A stretch of 64,000 nt of DNA, from assembly GCA_951406725.2 (NCBI GenBank), contig OX597816.1, positions 76,074,001 to 76,138,000 on the forward strand. Reading direction: 5' to 3'. Made by a program: the position numbers and the translations under genes. Of this stretch, positions 1 to 14,127 are shown one piece after another. Numbering within the stretch: the stretch's first letter is position 1; the number at the start of each line of letters is the position of its first letter. The notes under the pieces are model-generated. The model saw only the letters and a program-made list of their open reading frames with translations, made no database searches and was not told where the DNA came from. Source of the stretch: Octopus vulgaris (taxonomy: Eukaryota).

Positions 1-1779
1 GATTTCTATAACTGCCCGTCTTCTTTTCTCCGTCCTAGATCATTATGCCTGGTCAGCTGAGCATAGATTTTGTAGTAGGTCTTATTATCTTTCATCTTAT
101 GGCGATGTATGTTCTTCTGCTTTTATTTTACCAATTCCCCACTAATAGATACTAATTACAAATAACCAAAGTCTAATCTAGAAATACAGCTACTTCATTA
201 GAATTTACAGAACAGAAATGAGGTAGTCGTGATATAATGCATGTATATATTATGCAAGTACGTATATATGTAAGCATATATATAAATAAGTATACATAAT
301 TTTGTATACATGTGTGCAGGTGCAAAAACATTGATTTAATCTATGTTGTGAATGTATAAACACGCAAATATACTTATGTTTTCAAATCTACATGTGTGTT
401 TAGACATATATCTTTACGTCACACTAAGTGTTTGGAATATCTTATATAATTTCGCAAAACCTTTAATGACTTCTGGCGGCAAAATTCCAATTAACCCTGT
501 CCTGCTTGGTTTTATGAATCCCGACATTTCAAGATTGGTCCTGAAGTAGATACTTACGTACGTTTTGTGCGAGGGTACGACACCTCTTGGCGAGAATAGA
601 CTGGACCACTACATATAAATAGTAGTGGTCTGAGTGAGTCGATAGTTCAAATTTGGAGTTCGAGTTACGTGTTGGCTTGATGGTTCTTAAAAGATTGTTG
701 TTACGTTCCATGTGGTTACTACCATTTGTTTCGATTATATTGTTATTACACTGTTGCAGTGTATTCGTTAATCCATAAGAATATATCAGTACCTAAGCAC
801 CCTAATAATTATAATTATGAAGTTAAAGCTATACATAAGTTTGGGTGCATGAACTGCAGATTTTTCGTTTATTCGATATATTACTTTCTACGAGTCTTTA
901 AGATTATCTTAACATTGCTGAGCTACTGATTCGCACAGCTGTGTACAATTTCTTTTCTCTGTCCACTTCATTATGTTTAGTCTGTTATGCTGGCATTTTC
1001 ATGAACTCAGCTTAATGTGTATATGTGGAAGTGTTCATTTTATAAACGTAATGCCTGGAATATTTACATATGATTCCTTTTAACGTCTTACAGATGTAAA
1101 TTGGGAATTAACCATTTCGGTCATGTGGAATCCAACTTTTAAAAATCAGTGCTGAGTTACTTAGTTACACAGCCAAGTACATCAGTGAATACAAGTATAA
1201 AATTGAAGTATAAAATTGTGTGGAATCTACACATTTGCTTGGTGTGCTAAAATTAGCAGCGAAATCCCTTTCATATCATAACTTCTCATCTTAAAAATGA
1301 AGGATCTATTTTGTAATATAGTAGTGGATACGCTATTGTATAACTAACAACAGGGAACGTAGTTTGCTCTTAGTCTCAAAGTTGTAAACCCAGTCTACAT
1401 TTCACTCTTACTGTACGAATTATATTGCATAGTATTTTGGCCACTACATCTTCATATTAATCGATGTCAGTGTGCGGAAACATTTGGACAACTGCTAATG
1501 ATGTAATTCGTATCATCCACGTAAATGAATGACATAGAGTCTTTAACGTTTGTCCCCTGCTAGCGAATTGCATATGCATATTCCCAAAAGAGAGAGAGAG
1601 AGCTAATATACCTTTCAGTGTTTCAATTTAAACTACTCTGGTAATATATCTAACTTTTACTCTGAAAGCAGCAGTATACTTAACACGTACGACTTGTGAT
1701 AATCTTTAATTTGATACCCTCCAGTTTCGAATAGTCAAACATGTGCCCCCCCCCCAAAAAAAAAACACATCTGTTATTT

Positions 1780-3890
1780 CAAAAATTGAAAAAGAAGTGA
1801 CCATTTTTCCTTCATTTTGTTTTTACACGAGGAGTCCCTAAAAGATATCTTTCTTAATTTGTGTACGTTTTCGTTCGAACGGATTCTGGTGATATGAACG
1901 ATATTTTTACAGCTTTCTATGAAACATTGTTTTCTCAAGAACTTATGTATTCATATGTTCATAGGGGCAGTTTCTGTCTCAGTTTTTTACTCTCTGGGCT
2001 CTTAACAGGATATATGTACCATGTTGATAAGTTTTTTTTCCTCATAAATCTCTGCGCACAAACATACAAACTTCTATGATATATTGTTGATATAGTTCTT
2101 ATTATGTATATTGATCTCCTTCATCCCATTACGTTGGCCTACATTATGAATAGAATTTTGAGAAATAATTTTCTCTATCTGGCTCTTGAGATGATGTTAA
2201 TGTATCTGTTCTGTCCGCAAAATCATATTTATGCTTCAACCTGATCTGCTAAGTGAAACAAGATTGACTTCCCTTTTTCTAGAGCTTACCAATAATCAGA
2301 CCAAATTTAACTTTGTGATGGTTCATAGGCGCAGGAGTGGCTGTGTGGTAAATAGCTTGCATGCAAACCATATGGTTACAGGTTCAGTCCCACTGCGTGG
2401 CACCTTGGGCAAGTATCTTCTACTATAGCGTCGGGCCGACCAAAGCCTTTGAATGAATTTGGTAGGTGGAAACTGAAAGAAGCCTGTCGCATATGTATAT
2501 ATATATATACATGTATATATATGTATATGTTTGTGCGTCTGTGTTTGTCCCCCTCCCCCAACATCGTTTGACAACTGATGCTGGCGTGTTTACATACCCT
2601 AACTTTGCGGTTCGGCAAAAGAGACCGATAGAATAAGTACTAGGCTTACAATGAATAAGTCCTGGGGTCGATTTGCTCGACTAAAGGTGGTGCTCCAGCA
2701 TGACCGCAGTCAAATGACTGAAACAAGTAAAGGAATGAGAGTTTGCTGTTATAGAGCTCTCTCATATTTTTGAATATGAACCTCTGGTAAATTATGATAT
2801 AAATTTTGAGGAGCTGTTTTTGATTTTAGCATCAAGATAGTAGCGTGAAATGAAATAAGGTTGTCAATTATTTTTATTATGACATGTTAAATTCCTGGAG
2901 TCTTTGCACACTTTCACTGTAGTTTTCACTACGTCTTGTAAGAAGGATTTCCTAAATTGTTCGTGTCCTTTCAGGTTTTGCAATGCCTGGCTTCTTAAGA
3001 TTTGTGTTGAAGTAGTTAGTTACATATCTAAGTATCCAAACAATTGTTGGTGTAAAACTAAAACTATATTCTTCGTGGAATATTTGCAGATTTATCGTTA
3101 GTTTGTCCAGATGTTTTCTCTTTCATTAATCCATAATGTCATGTTAATATCTGCTGAAGACTTGGTTTCCACTAATGTGCAGAGTCCCTATTTTCAGTTC
3201 TAGATCATTATGTTGGATTTTTACGCTAACCAAGCATATATCTATACATACATATATCTCTATAAGTATGAATATGTGCATGGGTGTCAGTGTGGAGGTA
3301 TATCTATTAGGTAAACATCTGAAATATATACATATAATTGTTTTGATGGCTTCTAAGTATAATTTGTACCGTTATTCTTCAGTGAAGTCCAACTTGTACA
3401 GTTATGCACTGAGGCATTTAGATACACAGCCGGGTATTCTTGTGAATGCATGAATAATATAGACTGAGTGGGGAAATGATCAAAGGTATGTTTTTGTGAT
3501 TCAGTGAAGCTGTGTCTTCGTTATTTCTATGATGTGTCACATCTGACAGTATTGTTTTCTTTCATCAAAATTTCCGGCAGCTTATTCATCCGTTATAATA
3601 TTGTTAACATAGCTACAGTCCTGGTGGAATAGGTTCAGACAGTTTCTATTCAGTTTATATCATGGATTCTGGCATGAAATTGACAATTGGTACTTTACAA
3701 TCAAAATGGCTTTGTTCTTGTTGATTAACTTTGTTTCCGCAAATGCCAGCTAACTTAGTATATTGATTTCATGAATGATGATATGGCGGTTGAAGTTGAT
3801 GAGAAATTGCCGAAAGAAAAGCTATCTTCTATCAGGAATTAGCAATATACTATGTGGTCTACTATCCTTTAGACTTTTAGTTGTTTTTCG
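1780..3890 (-). mobile_element. Very decayed putative Penelope-like element (RT remnants), interrupted by a SINE
   Basis: Minus-strand fragments resemble PLE RT motifs in the expected order: FMP/RIH near 3670 (cf. LPKIHK), RY*HDIM near 3140 (cf. RYxDDI) and GYLDM near 3030 (cf. FLDV). Many stops and frameshifts; boundaries uncertain. Confidence 0.35.
2328..2735 (+). mobile_element. tRNA-derived SINE, family A, full length
   Basis: A-box-like GTGGCTGTGTGG, B-box-like GGTTCAGTCC, internal (TA)/(TG) tract and tail GGTGCTCCAGCATGACCGCAGTCAAATGACTGAAACAAGTAAA. More than 10 related copies occur in the window. Confidence 0.9.
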
Positions 3891-3960
3891 TTTATTGCTC
3901 TGTGCATACTCTATGTAGTTGCTCGACTTTTAAAAATGCCATATAATTATCTTTCATTTT

Positions 3961-4190
3961 TCCTTTTATCTTACTTGTTCCACTCATTGAACAGTGACCA
4001 TAGTGGGGCACCGCATTGAAGGGTTTAATCGAAACAATCGACCCCCAGTACTTGTCTTTTAAGTCTGGTAGGTATTCAATCGATCTGCGTTGCCGAACTG
4101 CTAAGTTATGGATGCCTAAACAAACCAGCACCAATTGTCGAACAGTGAGGGGATGGGCAAACACTAACACAATAACACACACACGTACAT
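3961..4190 (-). mobile_element. SINE family A, 3' half, diverged
   Basis: Reverse-complement similarity to 2540-2735. Confidence 0.75.
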
Positions 4191-4223
4191 AATAATAATG
4201 ATGATAATGATTATAATAATAAT

Positions 4224-4309
<86 letters not shown>
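4190..4309. repeat. Compound (AAT)n/(AAC)n microsatellite
   Basis: Read directly from the sequence. Confidence 0.95.
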
Positions 4310-4310
<1 letters not shown>

Positions 4311-4480
4311 CTGGGCATGACAAGATCCCCAACTTCTGGTTGAAATATCTAACAGGAATGCACAAAAAGCTGGAGAGCATCACAACAAATCACAGCACAT
4401 ACCCAAGGCACACAGAGCTGCGCTCGGTAGTGAAGTGAAAGCACGCTATAAAAATAAAACTAAAACTACTGAATAATAAT
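4310..4480 (+). mobile_element. Internally deleted R4/Dong-like LINE (RT fragment joined to 3' tail)
   Basis: Translates as PGHDKIPNFWLKYLTGMHKKL, an R4/Dong-type RT N-terminal motif. It is followed by the tail CATACCCAAGGCACACAGAGCTGCGCTCGGTAGTG, also present near 13978, and flanked by (AAT)n. Confidence 0.7.
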
Positions 4481-5246
4481 AAAAATAACAATACATACAT
4501 ATATATGAAGTCATGGTATTCTGGGGTGTGCAGTGGGCCTCAACCCAAAAGCAAGCTCATTAACCACACGGCCAGAAAATCACTCTGTCGTGTTTGAAAC
4601 GAAGAACTCTAAATAATGTAGTATTAGATACACTGTTCTTGAAAATAAGATGACTTGGTAATGAACGATGAGCTTTTGATCATAGGCATATCATCTGAGC
4701 TTCAACACCATCATCGCCACTGCTACCACCCCCACCATCACCACCATCACCACCAGCACCACCACTGCCACCATCGCCAACTCCAGTAACGTAGTTTATC
4801 TTTTCCTTTAACTACCATAAGTAATATCCAGTTCAGATTTCCTGATGTCACAATACACCTTGTTTAGTATCATTCAAAACAAAATGAATCCACCTCCTAT
4901 AAAGAAGCTGTTGTGTCTTAGTTTTGTTGACTGTTGCGTAATTATTCTTTTATATATAATAATATTTAGATCACTCATTTTTAAAAACTATTTCTCGTTA
5001 ATATACTTTCTTTAGTTTATGTTAGAATATTCTTTTCTTGCTGTTTCTGAGCGTGTTTTCTGTTTCTAATTTCAATGATAGTTGTGATGTGTAGTTATTT
5101 ATTGTTTTACATTTGTAAAACATAAGTATCTCAATATAGCGAAACGTCTTGTTTTTACGGTCACACTAACTTCCAGAAGGATGTCCGTGTTTCTCGTTGA
5201 AATGCAATTATTTTCCTAGTTTGATTTCTATTTACTATTTTTACTA

Positions 5247-5620
5247 TTAGATTATCAAGAAAGTTCTTGCGGTTTTTAACCTTTAAATTCAGATGCACAT
5301 ATCTTGGCTCAAACAAAACTTTATTAATCGAAATAAACACCGTCAGAATCAACACACTTTGCCAACGCGAAACAAGTTTATTTATGCCAGTAGCGGAAAA
5401 ATCCTGTGTTCTGGTACCAATGAAATCGTTGAAGGCGTGATTGGCATCATCTTGGTTTTTGAAGCATTTCTCATGCAGGAAGTTGTCGAGATGCTTGAAA
5501 AAGTGGTAGTCGGTGGGCGAGAGGTCTGGTGAGTATGGCGGATGAGGCAGAGTTTCGTTGTCTAATTCGTTCAACTTCTGCAGGGTCAATTCTGTGACGT
5601 GCGGCCGAGCGTTGTGAAAG
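5247..5620 (-). mobile_element. mariner transposase 3' fragment with right TIR
   Basis: ORF 5161..5727 contains HNARPH and LPHPPYSPDLSPTDYHFF (mariner YSPDL motif). A mariner-type TIR, TA|TTAGATTATCAAGAAAGTTCTTGCGGTTTTT, starts at 5245. Confidence 0.92.
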
Positions 5621-7887
5621 AGAAAAAGCTTAAAAAGTGTTAATTTACTTTCAATTTTGGAAGCTGAACAGTGACACTGCAAAGTGAATAATTCTATAAG
5701 AGGGTTAGGTACGAAAATAGGTAACAAAAATACTCACCAACTATCATACACAACTACCGTTCAACAGTCTATATCATAAATTCGACTGCTGCAAAGAGAA
5801 GTTACACTTCTCTGAAGTCGCATTCCACCATTATTTTACTTATTCCACTAACTATAGTTTGCTGGATTGTAAACATAGTGTTTGATGATTTCTTCATGTA
5901 AAATACCTGCCGTCCGCCGACCAGGCAGTATCTACCCTTCTCCAACGAAAAAAACCTGACAAAATATTCAAGCATTACATGGAGTTATATCATGTTGTAT
6001 CTACTCTTGATATCTTTTGTAATCGACTATTAATTTATCTGTTCCAAATGTCAGTCAGTGAAGCACACAGATATGGAAGGCAATACTTTGTTCGACATTC
6101 CGATTTCTTACTGATTAAACAATGTTTCTCAGCCAAAACAGGGAAAGTTCTTCAACAAATTTATGGTATGCAAAACAGGACAGCTCATATGAATTAATTA
6201 ACAGAGCGTATAAATGAATTGATTCTCTCTGTGGAGTTATATTTGCCAAACTGATTTAGAGCAAATATTGCAAAAAATAATTTCATACAATGAAAATGTA
6301 ATTAATTAGCATGACTGTAAAGTGCTATGTAGTTATTCTCGAATTGTATTCAGAAATAGAAATCACCAGGAAATTTTCAGCGTCTGATATACAAATACAT
6401 TGATGCAGAATAACACATACATTGTTCGAAACTAAGTAAGTTGATGCAACGCTACTTGGTCGATGTCACGATACAAAGGTTGTGAGACATTTATATTCCC
6501 CAAAGTAGTATAAAATTCAAATATTTTTTTGAGCAATAAGAAAAACAAATTGCACAAAGACATCACTCGCTAGTAAACACAATACATGTTATTGTTAACG
6601 TTTAATATAGTCAACGTCAAAAAATTACTGAGAAATAATTAACAAAATATTAATGTTAGTAAATGAATATTTAAAACATGCCCTAAACTGTCTTCAGCAC
6701 TTGTCTTTGTAATTAAAATAAGGTTGCCCGTTTACAAATGCTGTTCTTTTCCTAAGCGTTTAATTATTTTAAATTAGCGTATAAATACGGCCTAAATTAT
6801 GCGGATATTGACATTAAATACAGAAATACAGACTTCAAGAAAAATAATAACATACGTACACACACACACATGGACACGCGCATACATACATGCGGGCACA
6901 CACTCACACATATACATACATCTGTTTGTGTACGCGTAGTATACATGCATACATATATAAAACTGCGTTTTTCTTGAGTTCTTTTTGATTTCATACAATT
7001 TTTTGGTGATAGGTACTGTTATGTGAATGATAACTATATGTGATGTATGTAGACTAGGCAAATAGTTATGTAGGAAGGAGAGGGTAGGCGAGGAGAGGAG
7101 GAAAATTTGTGCATGGAGGATGTGGGTTGACAGAAAGTTATGATGAAGAGATATTATTTTGGTTTAATGTGGCACTCTTATGTTGGAGATTAGGTCAAGC
7201 ATGATAGCAATGTAAATTCAAATTACGACATTCTTTGCATAAGGTGTTGGTTTTTTTTGCTGTGTTTTAGGGATCGCGTGAGATATGTATACCTACAAAC
7301 ACAACAAAAATGTATTTGAAAATGTTCATTCATGTGTACTCTCATACATAGACTTATGTACTTATATGCACCCATCAGAATATATATTAGCATGCATGTG
7401 TGTGTGTGTGTGTGCATATGTAAGTGTGTCTGAGTGTTTATGCATTTGAAAATACGAGTTGATGTGCAGATGCGATTACATACTTATATATAGTTGTGTA
7501 TATACATACACACTTGCATGCATATTCTTACTGGTGTATATAAGTGTATATGCCTATGAATGTGAGTACACATGTATGTATATATACAAATAAATATGTA
7601 CAGCTATGCATGAATTCTGCATTTACATTACGATATTTATCTATTTATTATACATATGTATATATATATCCTCATAGATCGAATGCCATACAGAAACACC
7701 TATCATCCTTATGCATCCATATGACTGTATATGTTATGTCATACAACATTGCATATTCATAACGTGATTTTGATGCATCTGTTTGCACTTATTTTTCCCA
7801 TGGCGAAATGAATATAAATGCATATAGCCACTCCAGAAAATGATTAGGAAATCTTACCAAATATTTATATGAACACAGTCTAATATT

Positions 7888-8100
7888 GGTTTCAAATATC
7901 GGCACAAGGCCAGCAAGTCTGGGAGCGAGTGTAAGTCGATTACATCGACCCCTATGTTGAACTGGTTCTAATTTTATCAACTTCGAAATGATGAAAGACA
8001 AAGTCAACCTCGGTGGAATTTGAACTCAAACGTGAGGAAGGACGAAATGCCGCTAAGCATCTCACCGAGCATGCTAACGATTCTACTAGCTCTCCGCCTT
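7888..8100 (-). mobile_element. tRNA-derived SINE, family B, with 16-bp TSD
   Basis: Reverse complement of the AAGGCGG.GAGCT.G.AGAA head. TSD AACACAGTCTA(A/G)TATT at 7872-7887 and 8103-8118. Confidence 0.88.
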
Positions 8101-8624
8101 GTAACACAGTCTAGTATTAACACATAATACTCATGTTCAGACATATTAACTTTCCCAAATTACCTAGTTTTATAATTTCGTCATTTAAGTTTGATATCAC
8201 TAACACTTACTTAAACTCCGTTTGACCTATACTGAGAGACCAAATAAACAAATGAGCAACTTTCTATACAAAGAATGTGGTAACCTGATTTTGATGCATC
8301 AGTTTGCACTTATTTTTCTCATAGCTGACTGAACCTAAAACAGTGAAATTTCTATATCAAACGAAAATAAATTTCCTCACCACACTTATTATCCACCCAC
8401 ACGCCACAAATATACTTTCCTCTTACCCTCGCCTATTTCACCATTTCTACACAAGCATTTCTCCAGTCTGCTTACAATAAATCAAATCATTGAGATACAT
8501 CTACCCCAAAGAGGAAAAAGTCTCAAAGACTATATAAAACAAAAAAGAACCCAAGTAAAACACAGTCTGATGAAGATGAGCAACACAAAACTTTGAAGTC
8601 AATGAAAACCTTTTCCTTGTAAAA

Positions 8625-8778
8625 GACGTGGCTGTGTGGCAAGAAGCTTCCTTCCCATTCACGCGGTTTGGGTTCAGTCTCACTGCGTGGCACCTTGGGC
8701 AAGTGTCTTATACTATAGCCTCAGGCCGACCAAAACCTTGTAAGTGGATTTGGTAGACTGGAACTGAAAGAAGCCCGT

Positions 8779-8780
<2 letters not shown>
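8625..8780 (+). mobile_element. SINE family A, 5' half, followed by (CA)n
   Basis: Similar to 2328-2490. Confidence 0.85.
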
Positions 8781-8847
<67 letters not shown>

Positions 8848-8853
8848 TGTAAA

Positions 8854-9173
8854 GGCGCGTGGCTTAGTGGTTAGGGGCATTCGGCTCATGATTGTAAGGT
8901 CGTGAGTTCAATTCCTTGCGGCGCGTTGTGTCCTTGAGCAAGACAATTTATTTCACGTTACTCCAGCCCACTCAGCTGGCAAAAAATGAGTAGTGCCTGT
9001 ATTTCAAAGGGTCAGCCTTGTCACACTCTGTGTCACGCTGAATCTCCTCGAGAACTACATTAAGGGTACACGTGTTTGTGGAGTGCTCAAACACTTGCAC
9101 GTTAATTTCACGAGCAAGCTGTTCCGTTGATCGTATCAGCTGGGACCCTCGTCGTCGCAATCGACGGGGTGCT

Positions 9174-9175
<2 letters not shown>
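8854..9175 (+). mobile_element. tRNA-derived SINE, group C (head 1 + tail X)
   Basis: GGCGCGTGGCTTAGTGGTTAGG and GAGTTCAATTCC boxes; the 3' part is shared with 30670-30845. Confidence 0.85.
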
Positions 9176-9210
<35 letters not shown>

Positions 9211-9212
<2 letters not shown>

Positions 9213-10068
9213 TTACAAAGGAATGTAATAATACATTACAAAGGATATATCATAAACATTGATTAATTGCTTATGAATATATCAATGGCCAAACAAGTCA
9301 TCATAGATTACATGAAAGAAGAGTGTTTATAATTATGAATAAATCACAATCATAACGATTGCAAAAACCCTCACATGTTTAGAAATATCAGTGAGAAACC
9401 ACTATAAAGCCACTATTATCACTCATACTATATCTCCTCAAAATAAAGCGACATAACATATAAAATCCACATTTTAAAAATAAAATTTTAATTCTCTATT
9501 GCAATTTCGAGGTTAGGAACCTATTATAACATATCATATACCGTATCGTAAAATAACGGATATAAAACAACAATGTAACGGCTCCACCCCTCCCTTCAGG
9601 AGAATATTCCTATAGATACAAATTGATACAGAATCTGACGTTGGGGCTTACATGTATTCCGATCGGCAAAAAAAAATGTAAACCTCTGTCTACACATTCA
9701 AATTCTGAATTCCAACGTAATACACAGCGTTCATGAGAAAATACTCGTAAATGGAGCCAGAGTAAAATCACCGGATATGAGTGAGCAAATGAGACAATTA
9801 AAAAGAAATGTAATAATACATTACAAAGGATATATCATAAACAATTAATAATTGTTTATGAATATATTAATGGCCAAACATGTTATCATAAATTTCATAA
9901 AAGAAGAGTATTTATAATTATGAATAAATCACAATAAAAATGGAGAGTGTTGCAAAAACCCTTACATGTTTAGAAATAGCAGTAAAAAACCACTAGTTCT
10001 AAAGTTGTAAGGGCTTTTGCAACCCGCCCCGTATTAATTGTGATATATTCATAATTATAAACAGCCTT
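9211..10068 (+). mobile_element. Penelope-like remnant: direct pseudo-LTR pair plus inverted segment
   Basis: About 185-bp diverged direct repeats (9222-9404 and 9807-9995) followed by an inverted partial copy (9996-10068). Weak GIY-YIG-like tail at 9690-9800. Confidence 0.55.
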
Positions 10069-10136
<68 letters not shown>

Positions 10137-10137
10137 G

Positions 10138-10325
10138 AGACGCCATGATAGATCGTTAGCCACTACACACATTTTTCTCTCCTTGTTTCTCTCCTTGTTT
10201 TCTGTGTCCCTTTCTGTAGAAGAGCATAGAGTCGAAACGTAAAAGACTTTTCCTGAGAGTTATACTAATACATCTGTTTGTTTTGTACACCACCTGTCTT
10301 CATCTGTTGTTTTTTTTCGTAAACT

Positions 10326-10328
<3 letters not shown>
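10138..10328 (+). mobile_element. Solo Penelope-like pseudo-LTR (same family as 60630-60825)
   Basis: Highly similar to 60636-60825; contains a hammerhead-like motif at 10210-10245. Confidence 0.8.
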
Positions 10329-10381
<53 letters not shown>

Positions 10382-10386
10382 GTTTA

Positions 10387-11257
10387 CAGGGTGCGGTTAA
10401 TAAATTGTCTTCTAAATTACGCAAAAAGAAAAATAACACTAACATTTCATTTTAACAAATATATTTACCAAAATTACATTAGAATATCTTGAAATACTAA
10501 AGAGTAAATTTACTCAATAGAATCGCCATTGGCTTCAATTACGATCTCCAGGCGACCTCGGGATCTCCTGCAACTCTTCTGGACAGCCTTGTTTAGGTTT
10601 GTGAATGCCACCATAACTCTTTCCTTCAGTTCATCGTTGGGGTTACAAGGGGTTTTAATGGTCTCTCGCTCAACTGCGCCCCACACAAAATAATCAAGTG
10701 GGATTGCAGTTTGGGGAGTTAGATGGCCAGATGTTAGGGGTGATATGGTCGCAGAAATTGTCTGAAAGCCATTACTGGGTTCTCCTGCTTGTGTGGCATG
10801 GTGCAGAGTCCTATTGCCAGACATAGGGCCTTCCAGCAGCCACCCTCTTGACCCAGGCTAGTACTATCTCTTCCAGGCACTTATTGTAGGCCTCCATGTT
10901 GAGGCCGTGTGGGAAGACGAATGAAGGCATAACGTCGTCCTCACTAGCGATCACTCCAAGCATCATGATGTTGACTGGATGCTTAATTTCTTTCACTCTT
11001 GGTACACGTCCTCAGATTGCATTGTTTTCGATTGACACCCAAACACTCTGAAATATTCGTATTGGAGCTTCCGGCGTGAATGCCAAGCAGTACAGAATGT
11101 CGTTTTCAAATCTCTAGCAGAGTGAATAGCGTCACGGTACTGCTTTTCTCACAGACGCTGGCCAACTGGCCGTACTGTGTAGTCGACTAAATCAAAAACA
11201 AAGCGCACGCACAAAATAAAAAATATAAAATGGCGACAATTTACCCATCGCAACCTG
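10387..11257 (-). mobile_element. Internally deleted maT/DD37D-like Tc1/mariner transposon with both TIRs
   Basis: TA-flanked imperfect TIRs CAGGGTGCGGTTAATAAATTGTC and GACAATTTACCCATCGCAACCTG. Catalytic-domain remnants: YVWQ*DSAPCH, NSPNCNP/LDYFVWGAVE and IEANGDSIE. Confidence 0.85.
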
Positions 11258-11389
11258 TATATAGGTAGTGTGTGTCTGAGTTTGTCCGCCCCCGCCATCG
11301 TTTGACAGCTGATGCTGATGTGTTTATCTCCCCGTAACTTAGCGGTTCGACAAATTATATGTTAATCAATCAGTCGATCATTTCCTCAC

Positions 11390-11579
11390 TCGCTCTCTCT
11401 CTCACTCACTCATTCACTCACTCACTCACTCTCTCACTCACTCACTCACTCACTCACTCACTCACTCACTCACTCACTCACTCACTCACTCACTCACTCA
11501 CTCACTCGCTCCATCCATCCATCCACCCACCTACCCAAAATCCATCCATCCATCCATCCATCCATCCATCCATCCATCC

Positions 11580-11645
<66 letters not shown>
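11390..11645. repeat. Compound tetranucleotide microsatellite (CTCA)n-(TCCA)n-(TCTA)n
   Basis: Read directly from the sequence. Confidence 0.95.
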
Positions 11646-12354
11646 TATTTTGGTCGTGTCAATCAATTGCTTCTCTGAATTTAATCAGAAGAACCTGAAA
11701 ACCTTGTATACAATAACATAACACAAATACAAAAAACAAAAGCCCCATTGCATCTGTCTAACGAACATAGGCTAGAAATATATTTTACGTAGTACGCTTG
11801 CAATGCAAATAAATCCACTGGGAAATAATATTACTTCGAAGAAATTTCGATAAATATACGAACGTTAGTCAATTGGCTGTCAGTTTGTGTTTTTATAGCG
11901 CTGTATATAAAATAATGTTCTGATATGTTTAGTAACTCACTTTTATGTTATTTCAGGTATGAACAGTTCGGAAGTTTTTCGGCAGTAATGTACTTTTACA
12001 ACAAACATAATATACCTTTTATGTGACAGAAAAAGCTACAATTAATAATATAGTATCGTTGTGGTTATCAGGATGTAATATAATTTACATTTTGATAGGT
12101 ATCATTTCACAGTCATGTTTCTCTTTATACGCATACACACACAAACACACACACATGCGTACATACATGCGTACAAACATGCGTACATACATGCGTACAT
12201 ACATACACGCATGCATACATGTATATGTGAATATGTACTATGTACAGATGCATAGATATATATCTAAAAATGTATATATTCATATATATACATATATATA
12301 TGTATATATATATGCAGGTATGTATATATAAACGCGTATAAATATATATATAAA

Positions 12355-12540
12355 TACCATCGCTCGACAACCGATGACGGTGTGTTTACGTCCTCGTAAC
12401 ATAGCGGTTCAGTAGAAGAGACCAATATAATAAGTACTAGCCTTACAAAGAATAAGTAGTGGGGTCAATTCCTGCGACTAAAGACGGTGCTCCAGCATGG
12501 CCGCAGTCAAATGACTGAAATAAGTAAAAGGAATAAAAGA
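12355..12540 (+). mobile_element. SINE family A, 3' half
   Basis: Similar to 2560-2735. Confidence 0.85.
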
Positions 12541-12628
12541 CTATATATGTATGTGTGTGCATATCTATCTATCTATATATATATCCGCACATATGTACAT
12601 GTATGTAGATATGAATGTACATATACAT

Positions 12629-12673
<45 letters not shown>

Positions 12674-12717
12674 CAGATACATACATATATACATATACAT
12701 GCTACATATATACATAC

Positions 12718-12774
<57 letters not shown>

Positions 12775-13442
12775 TATGTATACTCACACACGTACACACG
12801 CGCACACATATACACAAATACACATATATATATATATGTATACCTGTGTGTGTATATATGTACACGCATACGCACACAGACACACACATGAGAGCTTTAT
12901 CTACTACATGTTTATACCGCGTAACTTTCAATTTGTTAAGTTAACGACATTTATTATTAGCAAATCTAGTAAATTGCTACCTATCATTTTGCTCCTGGCG
13001 TTTAATTCTGCTTTGAGTAATCATCATTTCTAGTCGTATTTTCAATTTTCATGTGTAAGTATTTTGACGAATTATCTCGAACAGTTGCTATTTGCCAATA
13101 TTATATTGCGTTATTCATGTATAAGTTCCCTTATGTTCATTGGAAATTTAATGCGTTTGCTTAGTTGTATATATTCATACTGAATTTAATACGTTTTTAG
13201 TATGTCAAATGATTGCTTATTCTTCTTAGCTGCAAATCCAATATCAATTAAAAACGATGGTTATAGTCAAATCTGATCAGAAGTGTAGACGTTTTTTATA
13301 TTATTTACTGCTTCGCTGTAATATGTCCAGATTGAGTCAATATTTTGAGTTCCATAAATGAACATTAATTTAACTACAATTACGAAATATTGTAACGAAG
13401 ATTACAGAACTACAACTACAACAACAACAATAACAGTAATAG

Positions 13443-13658
13443 TGGTTTCAAATTTTGGTCAGAGCAAGCACTATTTGAGCTAAGCGGACACATCGGTTAT
13501 ATTGACTCCAGCACTTATCGGCATTTATTGTGTCAATCCTGAAATAATGAAAGGAAAAGTTGACTTCGGCAACATTTGAACTCAGAGCGTAAAGACGGAC
13601 GAAAAGGCATTAAGCATTTTGTCCAGCATGCTAACGGCTCTGCCAGCTCATCGCGTTC
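13443..13658 (-). mobile_element. SINE family B
   Basis: Similar to 7888-8100. Confidence 0.8.
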
Positions 13659-13698
<40 letters not shown>

Positions 13699-13701
13699 GA
13701 A

Positions 13702-13733
<32 letters not shown>

Positions 13734-13739
13734 AGGAAA

Positions 13740-14050
13740 AGTAGAAACACAGAAACCTTCAAAATGCAAAGATATGGAAATAGAGGTAACTGAAATGTAG
13801 AACCTAAAAACAGAAACAATTTTTATAATAGTAGACACAAAGCATTTAGACAGATACATAACCAAAACACCAGGACTTACAAGTGTATATTAACATACAC
13901 AAAATAGAACTACTGGACATTGCACGTCAAACACTTTCAATACACTGAAAATAAGAACACTACAATAAACCACTGCACATACCCAAGGCACATAGAGCTC
14001 CGCTCGGTAGTGCAGTGAAAAGATGTGATAAAAAATAAGACTATTGAAAA
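13740..14050 (+). mobile_element. R4/Dong-like LINE 3' end
   Basis: KCKDMEIEVTEM*NLKTETIFII (cf. KYxDLxxE..W..K...PI) plus the tail shared with 4395-4470; flanked by (TAA)n/(GAA)n. Confidence 0.8.
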
Positions 14051-14056
14051 ATAATG

Positions 14057-14110
<54 letters not shown>

Positions 14111-14127
14111 GCAATCACGATGATAAT

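Noticed and set aside
5161-5727. SETMAR-like domesticated gene or active transposase
   Set aside because: Only the C-terminal part is present, the catalytic HDN motif is damaged and there is no SET domain.
9940-9995. Hammerhead in the 9211-10068 pseudo-LTR-like repeat
   Set aside because: GAAAT..GTA is present but there is no CUGANGA-like core and no convincing stem II.
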